Shown: positions 42,343 to 52,245 of the stretch, in pieces
Position numbering within the stretch: the stretch's first letter is position 1
How the letters are laid out: every line of letters starts with the position of its first letter
Origin: a virus
Lineage: Duplodnaviria > Caudoviricetes
Length of the DNA: 64,000 nt
Virus record (IMG/VR): IMGVR_UViG_3300044904_000102
Coordinates: 1,729-65,728 of that record
Direction: 5' to 3' (one strand)
Position numbers and translations under genes: made by a program
The notes under the pieces: generated by a model
What the model saw: only the letters and a program-made list of their open reading frames with translations
Told to the model about the DNA's origin: nothing
Databases searched by the model: none

Positions 42343-43602
42343 ATGGACAATGAATTGGCAGTACGCGAATCGAATGTAGAGTTAGCAATCACTCCGGTTA
42401 TGGATCTTGCAACTGCGAAGGCAAGACTGGCGCAGTTCCAAGAATTTGTCGCTGAGTACATGGTGCCCGAAGAGGATTTTGGCACCATTCCAGGGACGGC
42501 GAAACCGACGCTTCTGAAACCGGGAGCAGATAAACTCTGTGAACTGTACGGCCTGAGCGATGAGTATGAGATTTTATCGGAATACTCGCGCGAAGACTGG
42601 ACAATGATCCCGCCGCTTTTTGATTACACCATCCGAGCTCTTCTGCGGAGCAAACGGTCGGGGGCCCTCGTGGCGACGGGCATGGGCTCCTGCAACAGTT
42701 ACGAGGGCAAGTACCGCTGGAGGGATCTAAAGCGGGGCTGCCCAGAATGCGGGCAAGCCACCGTCATCAAGGGAAAAGAAGAGTACGGCGGTGGCTGGCT
42801 TTGCTGGAAGAAAGACGGGAAGTCGAACGGCTGCGGGGCGAAGTTCGCTGATGATGATCAGAAGATTACGGAGCAGACGGTGGGCCGAATTGAAAACGAA
42901 GACATCGCCACGTTGAAAAACACAATCCTCAAAATGGCCAAGAAGCGGGCGAAAGTTGACGCCACGCTTTCAGCAACCCGTTCCTCTGGCATCTTCACCC
43001 AGGACATGGAAGACATCACGCCGGATGCCGGGGAGAAAGCGAAGCCCCGCGCAATCCAACAACCACAGCGGAAGAAGGCAGAGGTACAGCCGGAACCCGA
43101 GCGCACCGTCCAACTTGTGAGCGACGCGGAGCGCGAGGAAATCTTCAAAGTCGCCAAGGAGGCCGGATTCCCGGGCAAGGCGGAAGTCAGCGCGTTCTTG
43201 CTCGGCCAATTCGGATGCAAGACCACGGCGGAAGTCACGGCGGCGCAATATCCGAAGGTTCTTGATGCCGTCCGTGCATGGAAGCCCCCGGAGTCCGTTA
43301 AAGCAGATACGGCAGCCAAGGGGAAGGACAAGAAGAAAAAGCCAGAAGCCGCAGCACCCAAGGCGAACGCGCCGCCAGCACAAATCATCAACGACGACGA
43401 GAAGGGAAGGGTTTGGCAGTCTGCCCGGACATACCTTTGGACGCGGGGGACGGGCCATCCTGACGACCCATTGCATGTTTTCCTGATGCGGCCGCCGCTC
43501 GAGTGTGATTCCGTGGCGAAGATCCCGAAGCATGCTTATGCCGCCGTCATGAACCAACTGCGGCAGGGCCCGCAGTCGGTGGGCCTGGAGATCGTGAAAT
43601 GA
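42343..43602 (+). CDS. Putative ssDNA-annealing/recombination protein
   Basis: DFGTIPG..KPTLLKPGADKL, NTILKMAKKRA.VDA...SGIFTQD; near exonuclease. Confidence 0.6.
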   Translation: MDNELAVRESNVELAITPVMDLATAKARLAQFQEFVAEYMVPEEDFGTIPGTAKPTLLKPGADKLCELYGLSDEYEILSEYSREDWTMIPPLFDYTIRALLRSKRSGALVATGMGSCNSYEGKYRWRDLKRGCPECGQATVIKGKEEYGGGWLCWKKDGKSNGCGAKFADDDQKITEQTVGRIENEDIATLKNTILKMAKKRAKVDATLSATRSSGIFTQDMEDITPDAGEKAKPRAIQQPQRKKAEVQPEPERTVQLVSDAEREEIFKVAKEAGFPGKAEVSAFLLGQFGCKTTAEVTAAQYPKVLDAVRAWKPPESVKADTAAKGKDKKKKPEAAAPKANAPPAQIINDDEKGRVWQSARTYLWTRGTGHPDDPLHVFLMRPPLECDSVAKIPKHAYAAVMNQLRQGPQSVGLEIVK

Positions 43603-44759
43603 AAATCTCTCCGCTCTGCGGTGAGTGTATGGCGACGAAACTTCGTACAAAAGACGACGTGCACGGCCAGGTGATACACACAGTGACTTGCACAGTCAAA
43701 GTCAAGGTGCCCAAGGCGCTTGCGGCGGGGCTCGAGGCTCTGCACGAGAAGGCGGCTGGGGCGGTGAAGGAGATGCTCGCTCATCGGGATCGTAGCTCCA
43801 CGAAGCATTATCCCACAATCCCGAGCGTCATCGCCAAAAGCCTGGTCGCCAAATATCAGCGCAACGCCAAATGCCGGCACGTCGCGCACCTGGTCCTTCC
43901 ATTGGTGGGAGACAAGGGGAAGCAAATCAAGTTGGAGGCTGGGGGGATACGCATTCCCGCTCTTTTCAAGAAGGCGGTTCTTCCCGTTGTGTGGCTGCGG
44001 CCGGTAGTCGGGTTCGTGCGCAGCGCCGAATTCTTTCGTCGCGGATCGGATTGGTTCGCTTCGATCTGCTACAACACGGCCGCCGAACCGGCTTTCCGGC
44101 CCACGGGCATGGTAGGAGTAGACCGCAACTCGGTCGGTCACGTTGCCACTTTGGCAGATCTGGAGAACGGAAAGGTTTTGCATTTGGGCTATAGCCCGGC
44201 TGCCACAAAGACGGTCTGGCGCGGCCGCCGGGGCAATCTGCAAGCTTCCGGGAGACGGCGCCTTCTCTTTCGGATTAAGCGCAAGCAGTCGAGGCGCACC
44301 ACGCACGAGAACCACAAAGTGTCCAAGCAAATTGTGGACTATGCTGCACGCCATCGCCGCGCGGTGGTGGTCGAGCAGTTGGAAGGCATCCGGCGGGGGA
44401 AGTGCCGCCGATACGTCGAGCGCTCCCAATGGGCCTTCTTCCAACTCCTCACCTTCCTCCGCTACAAGGCGGCTTTGCGCAGCGTAATGGTCATCGAAGT
44501 CGACCCTGCGTACAGTTCGCAGGAGTGCTCTCGATGCCACCAGAGATCCAAGCCGGACGGGAAAAAATTCCTGTGCGGCTTCTGCGGACACAACGACCAC
44601 CGAGACGCTAACGCGGCTTTCGTCCTCGCTCAGAGGGCGGAGCCTATCGGTGGAGTGGCGCGGAAGTCAGAGCGTCCGCGTCGGGGCCTATTGGTGGTCC
44701 CCTCTCCGGGAAGCATGGAGCGTGCCGAAGGGTCGGCGAGGCTGATGGCGTGCCCATGA
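43599..44759 (+). CDS. tnpB: Second, divergent TnpB-like RuvC nuclease
   Basis: VGVDRNS (D), HKVSKQIVDYA, VVVEQLEG (E), WAFFQL..LRYKA, VDPAYSSQECSRC..FLCGFCG..HRDANAA (D). Confidence 0.9.
   Translation: MKISPLCGECMATKLRTKDDVHGQVIHTVTCTVKVKVPKALAAGLEALHEKAAGAVKEMLAHRDRSSTKHYPTIPSVIAKSLVAKYQRNAKCRHVAHLVLPLVGDKGKQIKLEAGGIRIPALFKKAVLPVVWLRPVVGFVRSAEFFRRGSDWFASICYNTAAEPAFRPTGMVGVDRNSVGHVATLADLENGKVLHLGYSPAATKTVWRGRRGNLQASGRRRLLFRIKRKQSRRTTHENHKVSKQIVDYAARHRRAVVVEQLEGIRRGKCRRYVERSQWAFFQLLTFLRYKAALRSVMVIEVDPAYSSQECSRCHQRSKPDGKKFLCGFCGHNDHRDANAAFVLAQRAEPIGGVARKSERPRRGLLVVPSPGSMERAEGSARLMACP
43605..43710 (-). pseudogene. tnpA: N-terminal remnant of IS200-type Y1 transposase TnpA
   Basis: SHCVYHLAVHVVFCTKFRR matches the TnpA N-terminal motif; the rest is absent. 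Confidence 0.7.
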
Positions 44760-45433
44760 GCAAACGGAATCCCAGGGCTTGCCCTGGGAGCATCAAGCGT
44801 GAGTTCGACCCTGCACCGCACATTTATCGACTGGGTGGCCGGTCGATCCCGAGCACGACCCAGGTGATCGGGGCGGTCGGCCTGTCTCCCGATTTCAGCA
44901 AGGTCAACCGGAGCATTCTTGAACATCGGCGGCAACTTGGGACTGCGCTCTCTGCCTGCCTTCATTTCCTGCAGCAGGGCGATTTAGACTCAAACACGAT
45001 AGATCCAGAAGTGACACCGCTGCTCGAAGCGCACAAGCTGTTCGTGGCCGATACGGGCTTCACGCCCGACCGGGATGGCATCGAGCTCCGGCGCTGGCCG
45101 ACCGTGCGCGGCATGGCGTGGGGCATGTGCCTTGATGTCAAGGGATTGATCGCGAAAGAGCCTTGGATCCTGGACTGGAAGATCAGCGAGGGGACCGCAA
45201 AATATGCCTGGGCGATCCAGACGGCGAGCTACGAGATGGGTATTCCCGCCCCGCTCATTCCGCCTTTCCGATATCGTCGCGCCAGCGTGCAGCTCTTCGA
45301 GAATGGGCGCTACAACTTCAAGGAGTGGGATTGCAAGGGCGACAGGGACGAATGGCTCTGGAGCCTGGGGCTTGTTTGGAAGCGCATCAACCGCGGCGAA
45401 GCGCCGTGGGATGAATCAAGACGGCCAGCATAG
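44756..45433 (+). CDS. PD-(D/E)XK exonuclease
   Basis: HIYRLGG..IPSTTQVI, GMCLDV..WILDWK, IQTASY. Confidence 0.75.
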   Translation: MSKRNPRACPGSIKREFDPAPHIYRLGGRSIPSTTQVIGAVGLSPDFSKVNRSILEHRRQLGTALSACLHFLQQGDLDSNTIDPEVTPLLEAHKLFVADTGFTPDRDGIELRRWPTVRGMAWGMCLDVKGLIAKEPWILDWKISEGTAKYAWAIQTASYEMGIPAPLIPPFRYRRASVQLFENGRYNFKEWDCKGDRDEWLWSLGLVWKRINRGEAPWDESRRPA

Positions 45434-45456
45434 ACTGGCAGAAAGGGTGAATCACA

Positions 45457-46467
45457 ATGGGACTGCTTATCCAGAACATACCGACCGGGACGGGGGAATT
45501 GATCAGGGTCGAAACCCTGCCGCTGGTCGTCGAACCGAACCAATCGTTCGAGGACGCCAAGCAATTGCTGGAGCAGATGGTGGCAAGCGCTGGCTCCCTC
45601 GCCAACTCGATCACCACGGAAGAGGACTACAACCGGGGCATGAAGATGCTCCAAGGGCTGAAACTTTTTCTCAAGAACATCGACGAGGGCGTGAAGCCCG
45701 CCAAGGACCGCATCAACGAGGGGAAGGACCGGCTCATGAATTTCATTCACGAACTGGATGTGCCGGCGAAGAAACTCCAGGCAGATCTCGCCAAGGAAAC
45801 CGGGCGCTTCAAGGTGTGGCAAGAGGAGCAAGTCCGCAAGGAGAACGAGCGGCTGGCGCGCGAGGCCGAAGCCGAACGCCAGCGCAAGCAGCACGAGGCG
45901 GACCTGGACGCGCTGCGGGCCGAGATCGAACTGGCGGTGCAGACGGCTGACGAAGCGAACGGACGGAATCAAACAGAGACCGCCGCCGAAATCAAGACGG
46001 GCTTGAGACCGATCGTCACGACTCTGAGGATTCCCCAGGCGATCGAGAATCCGATTCAGGTGGCAACGCAAGTGCGTCAGATCGTAGCCCTGGCGCTCCA
46101 ACACGAGTCGGCCCGGATCGCGGCGGCGCAGGCGAAGGCCGAGGGAGACAAGAAAGCCGCAGCGGCCATCCTAAAAGCGTCTGCGAAGCTCGAGGCCCCG
46201 GTGGTCGAGGAAGTCCGCGCGGAGCAAGTCATGGTGGCGCCGGTCATGGTGCGGCATCCGGACCTGTTTCAGGCGAAGGGCGCCTCGGTGTCCCAAAACT
46301 GGCGCGTCAAGGCTGTGTTCGATCCGGCGCGCGTCTGCCGCGAGCACCCCGAACTGTGCGAGCCGTCGCAGAGCAAGCTGAACGACCTGGCCAAGCGGCT
46401 CAAGGCCAAGCCGAACGTCGGCGGCGTTGAGTGGGAGCAAATTACAAAAACCATTGGAGTGAGGTGA
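45457..46467 (+). CDS. Coiled-coil recombination-associated protein
   Basis: Long E/A/R/K helical region; common neighbour of phage exonucleases. Confidence 0.6.
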   Translation: MGLLIQNIPTGTGELIRVETLPLVVEPNQSFEDAKQLLEQMVASAGSLANSITTEEDYNRGMKMLQGLKLFLKNIDEGVKPAKDRINEGKDRLMNFIHELDVPAKKLQADLAKETGRFKVWQEEQVRKENERLAREAEAERQRKQHEADLDALRAEIELAVQTADEANGRNQTETAAEIKTGLRPIVTTLRIPQAIENPIQVATQVRQIVALALQHESARIAAAQAKAEGDKKAAAAILKASAKLEAPVVEEVRAEQVMVAPVMVRHPDLFQAKGASVSQNWRVKAVFDPARVCREHPELCEPSQSKLNDLAKRLKAKPNVGGVEWEQITKTIGVR

Positions 46468-46744
46468 ATCATGAAGAGCTGGCAGATAGCAAGCAAGTGC
46501 AAGGTCTGTACGGGGCTGCGCTCTCAAAAAAAGTTGAGCGCTCTCGCCTCTGGAAGCGAGACGAGATTCACGCCTACCTTCTGGCGGATAAGGGAATCAA
46601 CTATAGGGCTTGCTCTTGCCGGCGAAGAGGGCTATAAGGTTTGGGCGCGTCCAAGGTCGCCAGACCAAAAGGCGTGCCCAGGGGGGGCCAAGCCGGGGGC
46701 CAATCACCCCGGCTCCCCCACTCCCTGATTGGAGGGACAGACGC

Positions 46745-47497
46745 ATGAGCGTTCAAGCATTAAGCTGGGTTATTGAAAAATCCCGACAACGAGGAAGTAA
46801 CTTCGTCGTGCTGCTGATGATCGCGAACCATGCCCACTCAGACGGAACGAATGCCTATCCTAGTTATGAGCGGCTTGCGAAAGAATCCCGGCTCTCGGCA
46901 CGATCGGTGATGCGCATCGTCGATGCTCTGATTGCATCTAAGGAACTCCAGACCGAAAGAGGGGTGGGACCCCACGGGACCAACGTTTACTCATTGCCTT
47001 TAATCCCTGTAGAATCAACAGATATAGATGGGGTGTCAAATCTGACATATGACAAACCCGGCCCAAAGCCGGTACCGCATTTGGGCCCGAAATGTCACCC
47101 GAACCGTAAGGAACCAAATAAACCACCAGTAAGTTCTCCTAGCAAGCCCTCGCCGACTAAGTTTCTACCTCCGACCGAGGGAGAAGTACATGCCTATATG
47201 GTAGAGCAGCAGCTTGAAAATCCAGCGGACGAGGCAAAGGCTTTCATTGCTCATCATGAGACCCGCGGCTGGATTCCAAGCGGCCAGCGGACGCAAATGA
47301 AAAGCTGGCAGGCGGCGGTGCGAACTTGGAAGCATTTTCAGCGAAAGGGAGGGCCAAGAAATGGATTCAAAAACAGAACAGCTGACGGAGTTGAGTACAC
47401 GAAGAAAAATCTCAAGGCTTTTGTCGAGCGCCATTCCGAAGTGGCTGGCGATCTTTTCCGAGAACCACCTCCGGCCGGTGGGTCCGATGCTACCTGA
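46745..47497 (+). CDS. Replication initiator with N-terminal winged HTH
   Basis: MSVQALSWV..VLLMIANHA..AYPSYERLAKESRLSARSV; PPTEGEV..GW..MKSWQAAVRTW. Confidence 0.82.
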   Translation: MSVQALSWVIEKSRQRGSNFVVLLMIANHAHSDGTNAYPSYERLAKESRLSARSVMRIVDALIASKELQTERGVGPHGTNVYSLPLIPVESTDIDGVSNLTYDKPGPKPVPHLGPKCHPNRKEPNKPPVSSPSKPSPTKFLPPTEGEVHAYMVEQQLENPADEAKAFIAHHETRGWIPSGQRTQMKSWQAAVRTWKHFQRKGGPRNGFKNRTADGVEYTKKNLKAFVERHSEVAGDLFREPPPAGGSDAT

Positions 47498-47762
47498 GAT
47501 TTGGCTGCGCGCGCTTGGCGACCTGACGGTCGAGAAGTTCGAGCGCGCCTGCGAGGCGCACCTTCAGCAGAGCAAGTTTTTCCCGACCGTGGCCGACATC
47601 CGGCAGATCGCCGAAGAGCAAGTAACCGAGCCGCGACTCGATCAGACGCCGACCGGGCGCAAACTGTTCGCGCGCTACAAGAAGCAAAACGAGGAAGAAG
47701 AAAAACGACGGCTCGCCGGGACGGACGGCCCGGCCCTTGATGGCAAGCCAAAACTCCACTAA
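47361..47762 (+). CDS. Helicase loader/inhibitor (G39P-like)
   Basis: IWLRALGDL..FERAC..HLQQSKFFPTVADIR; between initiator and DnaB. Confidence 0.7.
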   Translation: MDSKTEQLTELSTRRKISRLLSSAIPKWLAIFSENHLRPVGPMLPEIWLRALGDLTVEKFERACEAHLQQSKFFPTVADIRQIAEEQVTEPRLDQTPTGRKLFARYKKQNEEEEKRRLAGTDGPALDGKPKLH

Positions 47763-49161
47763 ACAAGCTCCGGCTCCGGCCGACGACCGGACGATGCCGA
47801 ACAACGCTGAGGCGGAAAAAGCGCTTCTGGGCTCCGTTATATTGGACCCGGGAGCGCTCGACATCGCCCTCGAGCTCGGCGTGGCCCCGGAAGACTTCTA
47901 TCTGCAAAGGCACCGGCTTCTCTTCCAACGCATGATCGACCTGGGCGAGCTGCGCCAGGCGATCGACTTCGTCACGCTCGGAGAAGAGTTGTCGCGTGAC
48001 GGCATGATCGAGGTGGCCGGGGGGGCCGGATACATCGCCAGCCTGACGGACGGGGTGCCGGTCGGAACGACTGCGGCGGTCGGCGAGTACTGCCGCATCG
48101 TCAAGGAAAAGGCCACGATCCGGAAGGTCATCAACGCTTCGAAGCATTTGATCGCGCGATCGCTTGAGGGTGCGGATGACGCAGCAGCGCTGGTCGAGCT
48201 GGCGCAAAGCCAATTCTTCGAGCTGGCCGACCAGCGGATCTCTGCGGGCTTCGTCTTGGTGCGGGAAATCGTGCGGCGAAGTTTCGGAACGATCGACGCG
48301 CTGTTCGAACGGCGTGGCGCGGCGGACGGCGTCGAGACGGGCTTCGTCGATCTCGACGGCTTGATCGGCTGCCTGGGCAACGATCAGTTCATTGTGATCG
48401 CAGCAAGGCCGTCGCAGGGCAAGACGGCCCTGGCCTTGAACATTGCGGCACACGTGGCCTTGCAGCAAAAGAAGGGCGTCGGTTTCTTCTCGCTGGAAAT
48501 GTCGGAGTCGCAACTCATCTTGCGCCTGCTCTGCGCCGAGGCCCGGGTGGACACCCACAAACTGCGGACCGGCTTCGCCTCGCGGGAAGATTGGGGCCGG
48601 ATGACGGCGGCGCTCGGGCGGCTGGCGGAGGCGCCTCTCTACATCGACGATTCGTCGGCCCTGGGTCTGGGGGAGATGCGGGCGAAGGCGCGCCGGCTGG
48701 TCGCCGAGAAAAAAGTGTGCCTGATCATCGTGGACTTCCTGCAGCTCGTGAAGGGCGAGGGGGAGAATCGGACCCAGGAGGTCAGTTCCGTGTCCCGGGC
48801 GCTTCTCGCGATGGCGAAGGAGTTGCATGTGCCGGTCATCGGCCTGTCCCAGATGAGCCGGTTGATCGAGCAGCGCAGCAGCGGGAAGCCGCAACTGTCC
48901 GACCTGCGGGAGTCGGGCTCGATCGAGCAGGACGCGCACGTGGTGATTTTCATCTTCCGGCTTCCGCGGCGGGCAACGGAGGATGAGGGAGAAGGGCTTG
49001 GGCAGGTGGGCACGGTGACCGGACTCGACGTGGCGAAGCAACGCAACGGGCCCACCGGGGAGCTGTCGCTGGTCTTTCTCAAGCCCTATGTGAAGTTCGA
49101 GAACGTGGCACCGGAAAGCATGTTCGACGGGAAGGCTGCGGCTGCCGGGCAAGATCGCTAG
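47740..49161 (+). CDS. dnaB: Replicative DNA helicase
   Basis: EAEKALLGS, IAARPSQGKTALA, FFSLEMS, IIVDFLQL, LSQMSR, PQLSDLRESGSIEQDA, KQRNGPTG. Confidence 0.96.
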   Translation: MASQNSTKQAPAPADDRTMPNNAEAEKALLGSVILDPGALDIALELGVAPEDFYLQRHRLLFQRMIDLGELRQAIDFVTLGEELSRDGMIEVAGGAGYIASLTDGVPVGTTAAVGEYCRIVKEKATIRKVINASKHLIARSLEGADDAAALVELAQSQFFELADQRISAGFVLVREIVRRSFGTIDALFERRGAADGVETGFVDLDGLIGCLGNDQFIVIAARPSQGKTALALNIAAHVALQQKKGVGFFSLEMSESQLILRLLCAEARVDTHKLRTGFASREDWGRMTAALGRLAEAPLYIDDSSALGLGEMRAKARRLVAEKKVCLIIVDFLQLVKGEGENRTQEVSSVSRALLAMAKELHVPVIGLSQMSRLIEQRSSGKPQLSDLRESGSIEQDAHVVIFIFRLPRRATEDEGEGLGQVGTVTGLDVAKQRNGPTGELSLVFLKPYVKFENVAPESMFDGKAAAAGQDR

Positions 49162-49189
49162 AAGGCGGCCGCGCGCCAGGAGAGATAAT

Positions 49190-49783
49190 ATGCTCGCGAT
49201 GAATCAGCAGTTGAAGGTGCGGCTTGGCAAGGTCCGGCTCAAGACGGACTCGGAAGGCGGGAAGTGGGCGACGCTTGTTCTGACCATGAAGGTCGATGGG
49301 AAGTCGATCCTGGACGGCCCGCTTAGCAATGCCTCTCGGCTGATGGCCGAGGACACGGAGCTTGACTCGATCACGACGGAGCAGAAGCTGGTCAACGTCC
49401 GCGTGACGTTTCAGGCAGGCACGGGGAGGGGGCCGGGGCGGGCGTTCGACCCGAAGGAGCTTTCGGGCTTCACGCTGAACCGGGAGACGGCGACACAGGC
49501 CGGGACGATCAAGCGAGACCGGGGGACGGGGGTCGAGCTCGAGTTCGGCTTCACCGTGCCGCTCAACGATGCGGGCGCCTGGGCCATCGCGAACTTCGGC
49601 GACGACCTGGTGATGACCCTCGACCAACTCCAAGGCGAGCTACCGCTGGCAGAGGCGGGCCCGGATTCACAGGAAGCCAGGAACGAGCGGATCGTCGAAG
49701 CCGAAGCAGGGGACGCGACGGCTGCCACTGAGCCGCCTGCAAAGCAAGCGAAGAAGAAGCGGGGGCGGAAGGCGAAGAAGTAA
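49190..49783 (+). CDS. Hypothetical protein
   Basis: AGGAG SD; phage-like codon usage. Confidence 0.65.
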   Translation: MLAMNQQLKVRLGKVRLKTDSEGGKWATLVLTMKVDGKSILDGPLSNASRLMAEDTELDSITTEQKLVNVRVTFQAGTGRGPGRAFDPKELSGFTLNRETATQAGTIKRDRGTGVELEFGFTVPLNDAGAWAIANFGDDLVMTLDQLQGELPLAEAGPDSQEARNERIVEAEAGDATAATEPPAKQAKKKRGRKAKK

Positions 49784-49800
49784 ACAGGAAGGGGGAAGCG

Positions 49801-50637
49801 ATGGCGAATTTTTCAGCGGAAAAGGCAGCATTCATGGCGGTTCCGGAAACCTGCCGAATAGTCGACGATAAGCACGCGGAGGTCGAGGACGCGCTCTCCA
49901 TCTATCAACAGGCTGAGCGGGACGCAAGAGATAAATTGCGCGCGGGCCTGATCGGAGCTTATGAGGAAGTAGGGAAGTTAGAAGACGATCTCGCGACCGC
50001 GAACACTCGGATTGAAGAATTGGACGTGGAATTGGATCACGCGCGAGATAGGATCAAGGAACTTGAAGCTGATCTTCAGCATAACCAGCAGATAGAGGTT
50101 CAGGCAGCAACGACGTCAGACACGATCCAAACAGGGGGAACCAATGACTTTATCGAAGGGTGGTTTGACGCCGCTTGCGAACCTGTCAATCCGGGCGGGC
50201 ATATCGGGTGGGGCTGCCTGTTGAAGCTGGACGGGCAGCCGGTATGGAGTATGAGCGGCTACGTTCCGGCGTCACCGGAGACTTCAAACAACGTCGGTGA
50301 GTACACGGCGGCGCTCAAACTGCTGCGCGAGATCGGCCGGCGCCAGCGGGCGGACCTGCGCGGGCCGGTCATCATGCGTGGGGATTCTAAGCTGGTCATC
50401 ATGCAGCTCAAACGGAAGTGGAAAGTCCACGGAGGGCTGTACGTGCCGATCTATCAGCAGGCCGTAGCAGCCCTTGCCGTCGTGTCGGGACTGGCAGGAG
50501 GCTGCGTGCAGCTCGAGTGGATAGGGCGCGATTTCAATGGGGAATGCGGCGTGCTTTCAAAGAGTGAACTTCACCGGCGCGGCGTCGTGTTCCGGCTGCA
50601 ACCGGAAGCGCCGCCGAGAGAGGAGGCGCGAGCATGA
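49801..50637 (+). CDS. Coiled-coil plus ribonuclease HI-like domain
   Basis: WFDAACEPVNPGG, SNNVGEYTA, RGDSKLVIMQL, EWIGRDFN. Confidence 0.82.
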   Translation: MANFSAEKAAFMAVPETCRIVDDKHAEVEDALSIYQQAERDARDKLRAGLIGAYEEVGKLEDDLATANTRIEELDVELDHARDRIKELEADLQHNQQIEVQAATTSDTIQTGGTNDFIEGWFDAACEPVNPGGHIGWGCLLKLDGQPVWSMSGYVPASPETSNNVGEYTAALKLLREIGRRQRADLRGPVIMRGDSKLVIMQLKRKWKVHGGLYVPIYQQAVAALAVVSGLAGGCVQLEWIGRDFNGECGVLSKSELHRRGVVFRLQPEAPPREEARA

Positions 50638-51020
50638 GAACCATTACGGAATTCATGGATTGGTGTGAGGGCGCGGAGGAACAGTTCGGCGACGTGACCC
50701 TCCCAATTGGTCAAATGTTCCTCCGCTATGTGCTGACGCTGGTCGGCTATGAAGGGGAAGACCTCGCCGCCAGCACGGAGGGTGAGGGATCGCTCATCAT
50801 TCGCTTTACTCCGGACACGGTGCTCCGGGTACGGGTTTCTGAAAAAGGGCCGGAGGGCAGCGCCGAAGAGTTGGACGTATTCGGATTGAGGCGGATAACA
50901 TCGGGGCTTTGGCAGTTGTTCCCGTCCATGAATCTTCCCGGCCTGGTGCATGCCTGGGCGTCGATCTACAACGTGCCGGAGCCGGCGCCCTGGGGCAAAC
51001 GAATCGTGCTGATGGGATAA
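50634..51020 (+). CDS. Hypothetical protein
   Basis: GGAGG SD; ATGA overlap. Confidence 0.6.
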   Translation: MRTITEFMDWCEGAEEQFGDVTLPIGQMFLRYVLTLVGYEGEDLAASTEGEGSLIIRFTPDTVLRVRVSEKGPEGSAEELDVFGLRRITSGLWQLFPSMNLPGLVHAWASIYNVPEPAPWGKRIVLMG

Positions 51021-51056
51021 GGTCTCCGGCCTTGCCGGAAGGGGGAAGGGTAAGCG

Positions 51057-51425
51057 ATGAATTCGATCAACATCATGCCTTTGAGCAACGCGACCATCGT
51101 GGAGCGGCCCGCACCGCCACCGGGCAAGAAGTGTTGCGCCTGCGGCTGCGGGGGTTTTCTGCCGACCACGGCGAAATGGAACGTCTTCAAGGGGCACGGC
51201 GCATTCGCGCGAAAGAAAGCGCAAGAGGCCAGGCCCGCAAGCCATCATCTGGCGGCCTCGATCACGGAATTGCTGCGAGAAATCGGCTGGCGCGAGCGCC
51301 GCCAGACCGAGCTTGAGCAGGAGGTCGGCGTGAACCGACAGAAGCTGGTCATGCTCCGGCAATCACTTCAGGCGTTGCAAGCCATCCAGGGCGGCGGACC
51401 GCCGCAGGAAGTGAGGGGGGAATGA
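51057..51425 (+). CDS. Hypothetical protein with CxCGCG motif and coiled coil
   Basis: CCACGCGG..FKGH. Confidence 0.55.
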   Translation: MNSINIMPLSNATIVERPAPPPGKKCCACGCGGFLPTTAKWNVFKGHGAFARKKAQEARPASHHLAASITELLREIGWRERRQTELEQEVGVNRQKLVMLRQSLQALQAIQGGGPPQEVRGE

Positions 51426-51459
51426 AACTACGGATGACGGGAGCCGAAAGGGAGAACCT

Positions 51460-52245
51460 ATGACTGGTAATGAAATTCGTCGGCTTGTCGGTGATTGGAC
51501 TGCCCATACTTTCCGGCAGGCTGCGAATGAGGCTGGCTGGCTCGTCAAAAAGGTCGGCGTTGAAAATTTATTCAGTGATCGTATAGGCGCTCGCGACATG
51601 ATTTGTCGTCACGATTCCGCCTGCGGCTGGCTACTACGGGCTTGGCCAGACATGGCGATGCACGCGCGGTTGCATGACGGAATCTTCGAGGCCAATGTTG
51701 AGTCAAAGTCGATGGAAACTCCCCATGACAACGCTTCGGTGGAATTCGTGCAGGTGTGTATCTTGCTTCCTGCAGCGCAACTTGGTGTCCCGATCTACTA
51801 CCTATTTGGAAGACCACGCCCTAGCCAGGGACATCTTGAGGCTTGGATCATTTCTTTGGAAAAGCTGCGGCCGTGGAGAATCGATCTGACGCAACGCAGC
51901 CAGGGGTTTGGGCTCAAGCTAGAGGATAAGGCCAAACTGTATTATCCAGGCGTGAATGTCCTACTTCCCAAGGAAGTGGAAAAGCATACGCTCGCGGGCC
52001 GGACGGGCGCGCCGCCGGGTAGCCGCACGCCATACATGCTCATTCCCAAAACACAGATTATGGACAAGGGTCAGCCTTATGATGACTGGCTGAAAGCTAA
52101 TTCAGACGGAACTTTCACGCCCAAGCAGCGGATTGCGTGGTATGGCAGGGGCAAGGGGGAAGAAGCGGAAGCCCGTCAGAACTGGGGGCATCGCATGACC
52201 TTCAAGGAGTGGCAAGAGAAGAATCACATCAAGGGAGGATGGTGA
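51460..52245 (+). CDS. Putative PD-(D/E)XK nuclease
   Basis: WPDM....EANVESKS catalytic-like pattern; lower GC; coupled to methylase. Confidence 0.45.
   Translation: MTGNEIRRLVGDWTAHTFRQAANEAGWLVKKVGVENLFSDRIGARDMICRHDSACGWLLRAWPDMAMHARLHDGIFEANVESKSMETPHDNASVEFVQVCILLPAAQLGVPIYYLFGRPRPSQGHLEAWIISLEKLRPWRIDLTQRSQGFGLKLEDKAKLYYPGVNVLLPKEVEKHTLAGRTGAPPGSRTPYMLIPKTQIMDKGQPYDDWLKANSDGTFTPKQRIAWYGRGKGEEAEARQNWGHRMTFKEWQEKNHIKGGW

Noticed and set aside
43536-44600. 354-aa minus ORF as a full transposase
   Set aside because: Only a short segment resembles TnpA; the rest is the antisense of tnpB.
46471-46728. 85-aa ORF before the initiator
   Set aside because: Has an SD but no motif and runs through a GC hairpin; coding status unsupported.
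47338-49152. 604-aa minus-strand ORF over dnaB, and similar shadows (14258..15211, 7143..7976, 9406..10293, 29409..30389, 40466..41503)
   Set aside because: Antisense shadows of GC-rich genes with no recognisable motifs, unlike 5120..5869.
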